From contig NC_086105.1 of the NCBI RefSeq assembly GCF_963921235.1, positions 102,114,001 through 102,178,000 of the forward strand: a stretch of 64,000 bases of DNA, written 5' to 3'. Numbering within the stretch: the first letter of the stretch is position 1; every line of letters begins with the position of its first letter. The notes beneath the pieces were generated by a model. That model ran no database searches. It saw only the letters and a list, made by a program, of their open reading frames with translations, and was not told the origin of the DNA. The position numbers were made by a program, and so were the translations under genes. This DNA comes from Mobula hypostoma. Its lineage: Eukaryota. Below are positions 37,601-49,600 of the stretch, piece by piece.

Positions 37601-40600
37601 TTCTGTTTCAATCAGAATTTAGTGCAGTTAATACAAACACTCTACTTATTTAAAATGGCATTTAGACATAATGTTTAATGAACGTGACTAGTTGTTGCTC
37701 TTATGCACAGCATGCAGATCCAGAATTTAGGAGACACTCTCCGTTGGTTGGGGTTGGAGTCAACCATGGATGTTTCGTCCCATCTGTCTATGTGATATGC
37801 AAGCCAGCTCAGTATGATATGGAGAGCAAGCTGTTGCCCATGTAGCAGGCACCCCCTCTCCGTGAACTCAATGTGGGACTGCATTAGGGACTTCAGTTCT
37901 GGATTTTCCCCCGGGGTTTACTCCCAAAGCCTTCCCCATGAGTGGATAGAGCCACAGGGCAGCGGAGGTTTGCGATCAGAGTTTTCCTTCTCCTTATAAG
38001 CTCTCAACCACAGCTGATGAGCTCCCTCTGCCCAAAGCTACTGGTTTTAAGGCCCATAACCTGCCTTTACCCCTTCTCCTATCAGGAGAAACACTTCTGC
38101 TCAGCTTAGTAGTTAAACTACACATGAAGGCCAGGAGCTGGACTTGGTTGTCAGAGGTTATTTGAAAAGCACGCCATTGGGAACATTTGATAGGCAGTGG
38201 GAGATTATTCCCACTATCAAACCCGGCTACAACAACCTTACGGGATTGTCCAGAATTTAAAATGTTCAAATAATAGCTACAGTTTATTCCTACCAATCTC
38301 CCCCTCCCATCCACACACCCAAACCCCAGAAATGAAAACCAAATTAATTAAAAATTAACATTGTTTTGCTTGAATTTTCTAAAACCCAAAAGTTTCCCAT
38401 GTATCTTTGACAAATACAGATGTTTCTTTATGATATGGTTCTTATACAACTTCAGCCCAATACAAACATTGTTGACTCTGAATTTATTGCTACTCAGTCA
38501 CATTAACCAACCGTATATAAATTTGCACTGAATGCTGATTTTGGCAGGGATATCTGTATTTTGAGAATAAGGATCACAAATTGGACTGATTAAATTATCC
38601 CTATGAATGGCAGTGATTAAACCATTATAAAGATTGCTAAAATATCATTATTGCCTAACTGAATGGGGAGGGGGAGAGGTTGATGCTTTGCTGCTGCTTC
38701 TACGTGGGAGGGGAGAGGAGGGGGCTTTGAGGTTCTAACATTTTTACTGTCATTCATTCTTTTGGGTACTCTTCTGTTTTCATGGATGTCTGCGAAGAGC
38801 AAGAACTTCAGGTTGTATATTATATACATTCTCTGATATTAAATGGAACTATTTGTTTTGTTAATTCATAGAAATATTCCAAGTGATATTACATAAAGGT
38901 ATTTATTATAATCAAACCTTCTTCTTGTCCTTTTCAATGAAATCTTCAATTAAAAAATCAAACACATCATCCATGTTAAAATAACCAGGTAATGGCACCC
39001 TGTAAATAAAAATCTTGCATCATTCCAAAAAGTATTTTTATATACTATTTTTAAATAAATGCTGTATAAAGTTATCTTGTCAAAAGTAATCTACTCTTAT
39101 TTCCTTCAACTTAAAAACAATATATCGTAACGAATCAACACATTTTGAAATGCCGTTCATCACTTTTTCTAAAAACTTTCAGTAAATGCTTGGCAAAGAA
39201 TCCCAAAATATTGGCATAAAATAAGGCAATTTTTCCCACAAAGTCTATGCTGGTTCTATGTAAAAACAATGCAGCCCATCCCCCTCCCTGCCTGCTCCCC
39301 ATAATGCGGAAATATTTTTTCTATTTATCCAGTTAATATGGCAATTGAATTTATTGCCATTAATTTTCCATCAGTGCATTCCAGATTGTGATAACTTACT
39401 TCATTAAAAACCAGCCCTGAAGTATATTGGAGGGTGTTGAGTTATATTCTCTCTCAATCTTCAACGGTTTAATGGATACAAGCTCAATCTTTTCTCGTAC
39501 AACAATCCTATCATTCTGGGAATCAGTCTGGTAAGCATTAACTGCATTCCCTCAATGGCATGAAATACTTTCTTTCTTAGATAACGAGACCACGACTACA
39601 CACAATACTCTAAGTGTGGTCTTACCAAAACCCTGTTCAAATGAGCCTTGCAAGACTAGTTGTTCAGTTGTTATTAAACTATTACTTTCATCTTTTTCCT
39701 GCTTTCTTTGACTCTTCCTTTCTCTTTGTACAAGTTCTGGGTTTGACTGTGTTTCCTGCATGCACCCACAATGCAACCAAACCACCTCCTTCCTAAGGTC
39801 CTCCCTTTGTTCAAGTAGTTTTGCATGCTAATCTTTAATGCCAATTTAAACAGAAAGTGCTGGATACTAACATGTTGGTTAATGTTTCAGTTTGTGACCT
39901 TTCATCAGAACAGGTAAAGTTCAGAGATAAGAGTAGTTAGAAGTCGCAGCAGAAGAAGCAGTGAGGAAAATGAAGATAAGATGAATGGTAGAATAAAGAC
40001 CAGTAAAGATTGCAATACTAATGTGGAGGAGGAGCCAGATGAAGGAGGTTGATGGTAAAGTTAACAACAGAGGACAAGCAGATGCTAGAGGAGATGCAAG
40101 CAGGTGTTGTTACCAGAAGAGGAAGAAACTAAGCCTGAGGTACAAAGCTGGAATGGCTGAACTGAATGTTAAGCCCAGAGGATTATAATGCATTTAACCA
40201 AAATATTTTTCTGGGCTCGACAATGAGCAACTGAATCAGCCAAGAACTGATGAAATATCAATGGCCTGGAACTATGTTTTTCTTTCAGATATTACCTTTC
40301 CTGACACATCTGCTATCCATTTTATCTTCTATACCAGATTTTCAGCATCTGCAGGCTTTTATTTGCCCTTTGATTCCAATTTGCCAAATCAGATTATTAA
40401 GATTGGCTTTCGGTTCACCTACTTTTCTCATAAAGTAGTCCATATCAATTTCATAACGATTGTAAGCTCATGATATAATGCTTGTTGCTTCCCAACTCTT
40501 CCACCACAGAATCCTGTTCCACATTTTTGTACAGAAGCAAGTCCTCCTTCCTGCTGGGCCAGATATCCTCCTGAACACACCATTATTTCCTTACCCGCTT

Positions 40601-43600
40601 TGCCTCTTTTATTATCTTTGTCCATATGAACAGATGAATCCCCTCACAAGGCTAACAATCTCAGAATTTGGATGTTTCTGTGACTTTCCAACAAATTTGC
40701 TCCTCCTTTTCCTTTTCGTTGTCGAGCAATCCATAGAATACATCCATTGATGAAATGGTATCTTTATAGATTCTCCACTCTTACCAATTAGATTGTGCTT
40801 CCCTGTCTGGGCAAACTCCCTCTCCAAAGATGTGATATTCTCTAAATGAACACTGCCCCTGAATGCCACCCATCCTTCCCCATGTACCATAACACCCCAA
40901 TCCTGCCTTCTCCACCCCAGCCATGACTCTGTTATTATTATAACAGATGAATCCTACTTGACTATTTATTATGAGAGCCATTGTTTTCTATTAATATATG
41001 ATCTCTGGAGCAGGATAAGAATAGCACAGCCACTTACTGACTCACAGCTGACACCACTGCTTACATCTCTGCTTTATATAACCACACAAGTACAACCAGC
41101 CAATACAAATCAACTGAGGGTCTACAGGATAATAATAAACTTGAGAAAGTAAGGTCCTAAACTTTTAATATTGTCATTAATACCCACATCTACTGTCTTA
41201 GTTGGAAATTAAATAAAAATTTACCCTTGAATCTGCGATAGATTATGATACCAACAGGTCTGCAAGCTCTGTCCATCCAAAAGCTCAACTGTATCATTTG
41301 TGCTAATTAGCAGTTTGCCAGCATTCTTTCCCGGGACATGCACCTGCTGAAGATATTTAGTAGTCTGGGAGCTGGAAGGGAGAAAGATGAAGGGACAAAA
41401 TAATAAATGTTTTAAAAGTTAACAATTCAGACATTACTCCAAATTGCTATTAGTTATATTTAATTACACTGATGACCAACAATTGTTAAATGTTCTCATA
41501 TAAAAAGGCATTAAGTCTTCAAAAAAGAACTCACCAAATAGAAGGTATTTTCCTTTAAAATATTGTAAGTTTTGTTTTCAAAATAACTAACTTGATTTAA
41601 TTTATGGTTTCATTGTTAGTTAGCAGTAAGAACCTAATATTAGATATGCACAAACAGAAACTCACCTGTACACTTCTACCATTCCAGACATGGTATCAGT
41701 CTTTTTCTCCCATTCGGGATCCGATTTCTTTAATATTGGATTCAGTTTTGACGTTGAAAGTGGCAATCCAGTTGCTTGAGCATAAATATCTTTTAGTGCC
41801 ACTCCTTGCCCATTTCCTGGAAATTTAGAAAATTAATTTGCTATTTTAACTCCATGCACTAGATGGTCTATGATCTGCATATAAAGATAAGTAGGTGGCA
41901 AGAGGCCAGGCACATTTAAATATGTCAAAAGTTCAAAGTGAATATACGTACTTTGATAATAAATTTACTTTGAACTTTCGACATACTTAACCAATTACCT
42001 TGCTATGGAAAAGGTGTGTTACCCCCTAGAAATTTCTTCATATTTATACTTCAGTGAACATCACTAATACATGATTGATTGACTGGTGAATATTATGTTC
42101 CTGTTTGTGGGAATTGCTGTACACAGGCAGGTTTAGGCTACTTACAAAAACTAAAGAGTTTACTTGGTTATTATCATTTAGCCAATCCTATCACAATGTC
42201 CTGAACATATGGATCAATATTGTGCTTTCTTAAAGAAATGTAGTACGTATCCTCACTCTATAGTAACAGTCATGATCCAGTTTACAACGATAGTTTTCTT
42301 TATTCATCCCATTAAATGCTGGAAGGGAGAAAGATGGAGGGAAGAAATAACAGATGATCTTCTTTCAACCCAATCTGCTTTAGTGATAACCCTCGCGGTC
42401 TCTCACTACGTACAACTTCTTACCCAGTTTATGATCAATGCAGACCTACAGGACATTACTGTTGTTAGCAAGTACAAAATGATTTTTGCTTTACAGATAT
42501 ATAGGCTCATATAATTTAAGCTTCCTACCTCTTCTTTGCAACTCAGACACATTTTTTTTAGTTGTTCATTCCACAATTTAAGTAGGTCCTTAATGATCAT
42601 CTATTGTTGTTTACCAGATAATATACTAACCACTAGATAGCTTTCGAAAAGAACTCCAGTCAACTTCAATATTAAATGGCACCCCCCCCCCCCAGTACTA
42701 GATATGATTGTACGTTACTTTAATGTCAACCCCATCCAACTTTCCTCAGAAGACGACAGTAACATCCTTTTCTGAAATAATGTTTTGGCACTAGAGTTTC
42801 AGGAAAAAAAAGCAAGTTCTACATGAACTGGGAAGAGATTGACTAGGTGGGCCCTGACAAAGTTTGAAGGTAGAGCAAGCCGGGACAATTTTCCATGTTA
42901 CCAAATCAAGGATGTTGTCATAATCTCTCTTGAAGCAGGTGAAGAACATCTGCAGGTGCAAATCTTCAGCAATACAGATGTGATCTTATCAGAATCCAAA
43001 CCTTCATTTTATCTCTATACTTTTTGGTGTCACATTGACTGAACCAACCTGGCTGGATGTTTGAATGTGCAATTGTAGAGATCATGGGTGGCACCATCCA
43101 CTTGGGATATGTGGACAAAGGTGCTCAAGGATACATCCAGCTAGTTCTCAGTATGCACTTGGTAATCAGTACCTTAGCTGATGAAGGGATATTTTATTCT
43201 GATTTGTAGGATCATTTTCCTCTGACTACAAAGACGCTGCTTTTGGTATTTAGCATGCATCTCTGTGTTGCAGCATCACAGGATAGCTGTAATTCACTGT
43301 TGGGTTGAACTGATTGGTTGTTAAATCAAGAAAAAATAAAGTATGCGCTCATTTCACAACTAACCTCAATCCCCAATGTTCACAGCACATTACTCAAAAC
43401 CATTAGGAAGGTGCTATTTCTGGAAAACCTTTTAATCACCTAATCAAGCATTGTACAGCCGATGAATAAATTGAAATTCAATGACAAATGTTTTGTGAAT
43501 GAAAGCAGCTTCATACTAAGAAATAAGCAGCTTGATGATTTATTTTCATTGTGTCTGTTGAAAATGAATGTTGGTCATGCTCTTAAGAGAATTTCTCAAT

Positions 43601-46600
43601 CATTTTTCACAAAGGTAGGCAGAGAGAGCTGAAGTTTAACATATCAATAAAATACATACTTTTCTAATTGTTTACCATTGTAAAGTACAAGTGAAATGGG
43701 CCATTGGTCTCCAACAAAGGCTCACAATGATCCCAGTCAAAACTACCAACTACACATAGACCCCAAACAACAGAGAATCTGCAGATGCTGGAAATCAAAG
43801 TAATACACACAAAATGCTTCAGATGCTGCCTGGCCTGCTGAGTTCCTCCATCGTTTTGTATGTATGACTACACATGGAGGCAAGTTTTGCTATTGATGCT
43901 TCATTGTCAAAAATCCAACACCTGGTGTTTTGGCCCACCTGAAGAAAATGGAATGAGCTTTTCCAGAACCTTATTAATTGTGTAAATGTATTTCAAGAAA
44001 TTAAAAGTGGCAATAAGCACAAATAGAAACACAAATATCTTAGCAGTTACCTTGAATAAAGAGAATATAGTAGGCCCCAGTATTGGTAATATGAATCAGG
44101 GGACTGGAAGGCATGAAACCTTTGGTAATATTGCGGTACACTTTTTCACCAATGGGATCTCCATTCTTTCCAGATATTAGCAGGAAAATCAATGTATTAA
44201 CTGAGATACCCTAGAAGCAAAAACACAGAACTCATTCTAAATGCATATGTACGGCTATAGACAAACCCTGCTCCTCAGTGTCTAGGGAAACCCCACAACC
44301 AGCCAACCACGTAAGCCAGTTTATGTGGAGGCTGCATAAACGCCCAATTCACAGATCAGACAGAACATCATAAGCGGTTCAATACGTACACTTTATAAAT
44401 CTTGCCGTGAATATCGGTTAACAAAGAATACACTCTAAAAGAAAAACAAAGGAAGGCGCCAAAGTTCAAATGGAGTTTTAAAAGTCAGTGCACTTAAGGT
44501 TTTGTTGGAGCTCAATATCCCGCAGAACCTCAACCCTCCGTCCTCGGCCTCCGACGACCCGCACGGGACCACTCCTCGGGTGGTCAACCAGAGCGCCTCC
44601 GATTGCGACCTTCCTCCGTCTTCTCCACCCGATAAACCCGCCAAACCACATGGTCCCCAGCCATATGAGACAGAATATCACCCACAAAAAGAATAACATG
44701 GACACCCATTGGTTCGTTCTCCCCCTTATCAATTATATAACCCAAACAAGCAGGGGAGAGAGAGAACTCCTTACATCGCAGTTATTATTCAGAAAAGCCA
44801 TTTTATATAACATACAAAGAAGCCATTTTAGACACCTCAGCAGCCAGTGTAACCAAGACCCAGTTACACTCTGCCCCCACCAAATAAAGTCATGTCCCCA
44901 TGACATTAAAGGAGTTCACCAATCCTCCTTGCAAAACACATAACCCAACCCAGGTGCATAAAGCAGTGACATAACTTCCCAGGGCGGTAGAGATCACACC
45001 TTGTTCTCCCCGTGCTACATAGGTCAACCTCTCCGGGGGGCGGGGGGGGGGGTTCCTACTTCTCTGAGACCTCTGTACCTCCTCTGGTGACCCTTCCGGC
45101 TCAGACACCACTGGAGATATCTCGGGTCTGCTTGCCAAATCCTCTCTGAGTCTCTTACTCATGCCCCCACTGCAACCTGGAGCCTCCTGTCCTGTGTCTA
45201 GGCACCCGTCTCTCCTTCAGGGTCCTGCAGTAACCCAGGTTGCCCACAGCTAGCCCCCCCAGCCCCACCTCACCTGCCTCAGTGGGCCAGGAGTCTCTTC
45301 ATCAGCAAGGGGAAGTTAGTGAAAAGCGGCATGCAACACACCTTCATCTCATCATCCTTTGAATCCACATTCTTCTCCTTTTCCTTGATTTGTAGCTGCT
45401 GTTTGGTTTTCTCCAAACTGGAGCACTTGGCCTGAGCTGCCTCTGCCGCCTCTTCAGCCTCCTGCAAATCGAGACGTCAGCTTCTTCACTGACTCCTCTG
45501 CTTCCAGCCGCAGTAGTTCAGACTCACGCTTTGTGTTCATCTCTATCTGGGACGCAGTTACACCACCAGCTTCTTCCAAGCTGTTCTGGATCAATTTCTC
45601 CAGTTTCTGCTGATCATTTCGAAGGTTGGTCATTGTTTCATCTCTCTGGATTACTTCACCAGTAAATGACCGCAGTTTCAGCTCGGAATTCAGTTTCCCC
45701 GTCTTCACTTTGACAAGCGTAGACTCCAATTCTTCAATCTTTGTCCCAAAATTGCAGCACTCAGTCTCCAGCCTGCATCCCTGAGCGTTCAGTTCAGCGG
45801 TGCAAATTTCCTCTCTCAGCAGAACAGTCACGAGCTGCGTCCTTCTCCAGACTTGGCACTCATCCAACTAAAGTTTTACTTCGTTAACCCCTAGTCGCCT
45901 GGGATCCCTCACTCGCCTCGCTTCATAGTCGTCCAAGGCGAATCCCACAGAGACACACCAGCACTGATTTAAACAGGGCAAACATGCAGCATCCTACAAA
46001 AATCCATATTCCGGACGAGCCCCCAGAATGTAAAGCTATAGACAAACCCTGCTCATCAGTGTCTAGGGAAACCTTGCAACCAGCTAACTACGTAAGCCAG
46101 TTTATGTGGAGGCTGCGTAAATGCCCAGTTCACAGATCAGACAGAACACCATAAGTGGTTAAATACGTACACTTTATAAATGTTACTGCGAATATCGGTT
46201 AACAAAGAATACACTCTAAAAGAATAAAACAAATGTAACTGGGTCTTGGTTACACTGGCTGCTGAGGTGTCTAAAATGGCTTCTTTGTATGTTATATAAA
46301 ATGGCTTTTCTGTAATAATATCTGTGATGTAAGGAGTCCTCTCTCTCCCTGCTTGTTTGGGTTATATTATTGATAAGGGAAGGAACGATTCAATGAGTGT
46401 CCATGTTATTCTTTTTGTGGGTGATATTCTGTCTCATATGGCTGGGGACCGTGTGGTTTGGTGGGTTTTTCGGGCAGAGAAGACGGAAGAAGGTCGCATT
46501 CAGTGGTGCTCTGGTCGACCACCTGAGAAGTGGTCCCGAGCAGGTCGTCGGAGGCCGAGGACGGAAGGTCGAAGTTCTGCGGGATATTGAGCTCCAACGA

Positions 46601-49600
46601 AACCTTAAGTGCACTAACTTTTAAAACTCTATTCGAACTTTGGCGCCTTTCTTTGTGTAAGGAGTTTCTTCTTTCATGTTACTTGCTGAGGCTAATAAAA
46701 TGGTTTCGCTGTAGTGTTATAATAAAATGGCTTCTCTGTAATTTTAACTGATGTGGTAATGTTCTCTGTAGCGGCATGTTTAGGTTATAATTAGTGATAA
46801 TGGGACTTGTATTCGTTTGCTAACCAACCGGGATAGATGTTATTCTTTCTTGTGTATGTGAAAGCTGTTGTTCGCGCGGGATTTGAGGGAAAAGGTGCGA
46901 GGAGGATGAAGAGAGAAGAGGTGGCTTGAGGAGACGGTTGCCAGACCCGCTAGGCCTGGGCTTGGGGCAGGACCCCGGGGCCAACTAGCGGAGGAGGATC
47001 AGCGAAAGGGCATCAGTGAGCTCCAACGTTTGTGCACTGGACATGTTTATGAGATTATTGGTGCCTTTTATTTGTTTTCCTTTTCTTTTGTTTCTCTACT
47101 AACCCCGTACTTAGATATAAAATCTTAATCGTTTAACCACACATTGTGGACTGAATGTTATTTTGGGGTACTGATGTTACACAGGGGACACAACATGCAG
47201 CATCCACCCAAACAAGAGTGCTAAAGTTTGGCCAGGGAGGGGGCCCCACCCCCGCGATCATGCCACTAGGTGCAATGAGTCTTACACATACATATCTGCC
47301 AGTCATATTCAACGCAACCACCTTGTACAAAGTCAAAAGTGCACGTGCTTGAAGTTATTGTAGTAATTATCAATTACCTTACAGTTTGCTAATTCTTTAT
47401 ATAAATGACCACACGGTATTGACTTCTTAAAAAATTTTATTTAGTGATAACAGTTTGGAGTACAGGTTTCCCCTGCCATCCGAAGGTAGAGCGTTCCTAT
47501 GAAACGGTTCGTAAGCCGAAATGTCGTAAAGCGAAGAAACAATTACCATTTACTTATATGGGAAAATTTTGTGAGCATTCGCAGACCCAAAAATAACCTA
47601 CCAAATCATGCCAAATAACACATAAAACTTAAAAATAACGGTAACATATAGTAACAGCAGGAATGATATGATAAATACACAGGCTATATAAAATAGGAAT
47701 ACTTCTCTACAATCATTGCTGCACTGGTCTCCGTAGCGAAAATCTCATGCAAGCACTCTCGGCAGAAACACTCTCTCCAGTAACCTTTAAGCTATGAAGC
47801 TGCCAATTCATACCAAATAACACATAAAAATACACAGCCTATATAAAGTAGAAATAATGTATGTACAGTGTAGTATCACTTACCGAAATTGGGAAGACAG
47901 CGCCAAGCACACTGATGATGGTGTTAGGCTGAGTTGTTGGAGGTTGGGGTGGTGAAGTGGCCCCCAACCTCGGACTGCCGACCGATACCGATCCGCGAAG
48001 AATGCAGCGGTGGTCGGAACGCACCCAGCACATCTTTAAGAAAAAAGCCGAAATAAACAAGCAAATTAATTAGGTGCCACCCAGCACGTAAATGTCGGCC
48101 CAGATCAGAGGAGACACAATTGGCAATCGCCTCTGATCTAGGTCGACATTTACTTGCCGGGTGGCACCTAATTAATTAGCTTGTTTAATTTTGGCTTTTT
48201 TTTCTTAGATGTGCTGGGTGCCTCTCGGCTACCGCTGCATTCTCCACAGCCCAGGGGTTGGGTTGCTTTGTTTCCATCAGGGCTGGCAGGTCATCTTCTT
48301 CTATGTCTGCCTGCCTCAATGTTGAAGGTCGAGGTTCGTCGTCTGCTGTGGCCGATGTGGAAGGCTTGCTTGACTGCTTAGCCTTGCGCATTTTTCTATC
48401 ATACAGTTCTTTGTAAGCACTCAAACCATCTTGCAAATATGCCCTAAACCGACATACCCTTTCAAAATTAAAGTCGTACTTTATCATTGCAGCGAAAATC
48501 TCACGCAGTTGCTTCACGTTCAGTTCCTGGACGTCTTCACTTTCGGTCCGTTTGCTACTGCATTCGATTTCGATTGTTATCCTTTCCTCTTCCAATTGCA
48601 TCAGCTCTTCATCTATCAGTTCTTGGTCAAGGGATGCCAAAACCTCTTCAACATCATCTTCCTCAACTTCCACGTGCCAAACTCACTTTGTCCTTACTTT
48701 GTTCACCACGATCGAAATGCTTAATTATGTCTAGTTTTACACTAACACCCAACGAGCTCTTTTAGGCTTTTCCAATACCTTAGAAGTCACCTTGCTAACG
48801 GCTGCTCATGGGCACGTGTTTAAGCAATGCCGGCTAGAATGCAGTTTCGGGGGAGGAGCTTGGCTGCTTGGGGCACATGCTGCCTTTTATCACGCGCTGC
48901 TTTTTTCGTAACAGTGAAAACACCTTCTGTTAGCGAATTCTGTTAACTAATGTAGGTCTTTCATAACAGTGAGGTTTCGTAAATCAAACGTTCGAAAAGC
49001 GGGGGACACCTGTACCATTTCCTACTTCCGGTCTTTTGCACCACGCTGCCACAGCAACCCCCAACAGACTGGATTAACCCAAACCTAACCATAGGATAAT
49101 ATACAATGACCAATTAACCCACCCGCTATGTCATTGGACTGTGGGAAGACACCGGAGCACCCGGAGAAAACCCACACATTCCACAGGGAGGACATACAGA
49201 CTCTTTACGGAGACCGCTACAATTTAACTCCAAAATACAGAACGCCCCCGAGCTGTAAAATAGTCGTGCTAACAGCTACGCTACCGTGGCGCGCTAATAA
49301 ATGGCATTGATAAATTTTGAAATCTACATGGCAGTCCAATGATACCAAGCTTAGAGGTTTATCAATCAACTTGCAAGTTAGAGATAGGCCAGAAGAATGT
49401 GCAGACAAGTGGCAGATGGAATTTAACACAAAAATAGATGCAATTCACCAGCAAAAGAAATGGGAAGTGGCAACGTATACCACATGTCATAAATCTAAAG
49501 ATTTGTGCAGGAACAGAGGGTCTGGGGATTGAGTGCATTGAACTTTGAATACGGCAGAACATTAGGAAAGAGTAGTCAATGAATCATGTGGCATCTTGGG

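Noticed and set aside
40440-40800. Several short overlapping ORFs
   Set aside because: A stop-containing frame reads as degraded CR1 endonuclease (VFY..., EEQIC, CVQE).
45279-45867. Myosin-like ORFs as exons of a genuine nested myosin gene
   Set aside because: Non-adjacent rod segments are fused without introns and sit between the PBS and PPT of an LTR element.
46011-46025. tRNA-Pro-like sequence (also the tRNA-like head at ~49230-49293)
   Set aside because: These are a primer-binding site and a SINE head; no full cloverleaf is present.
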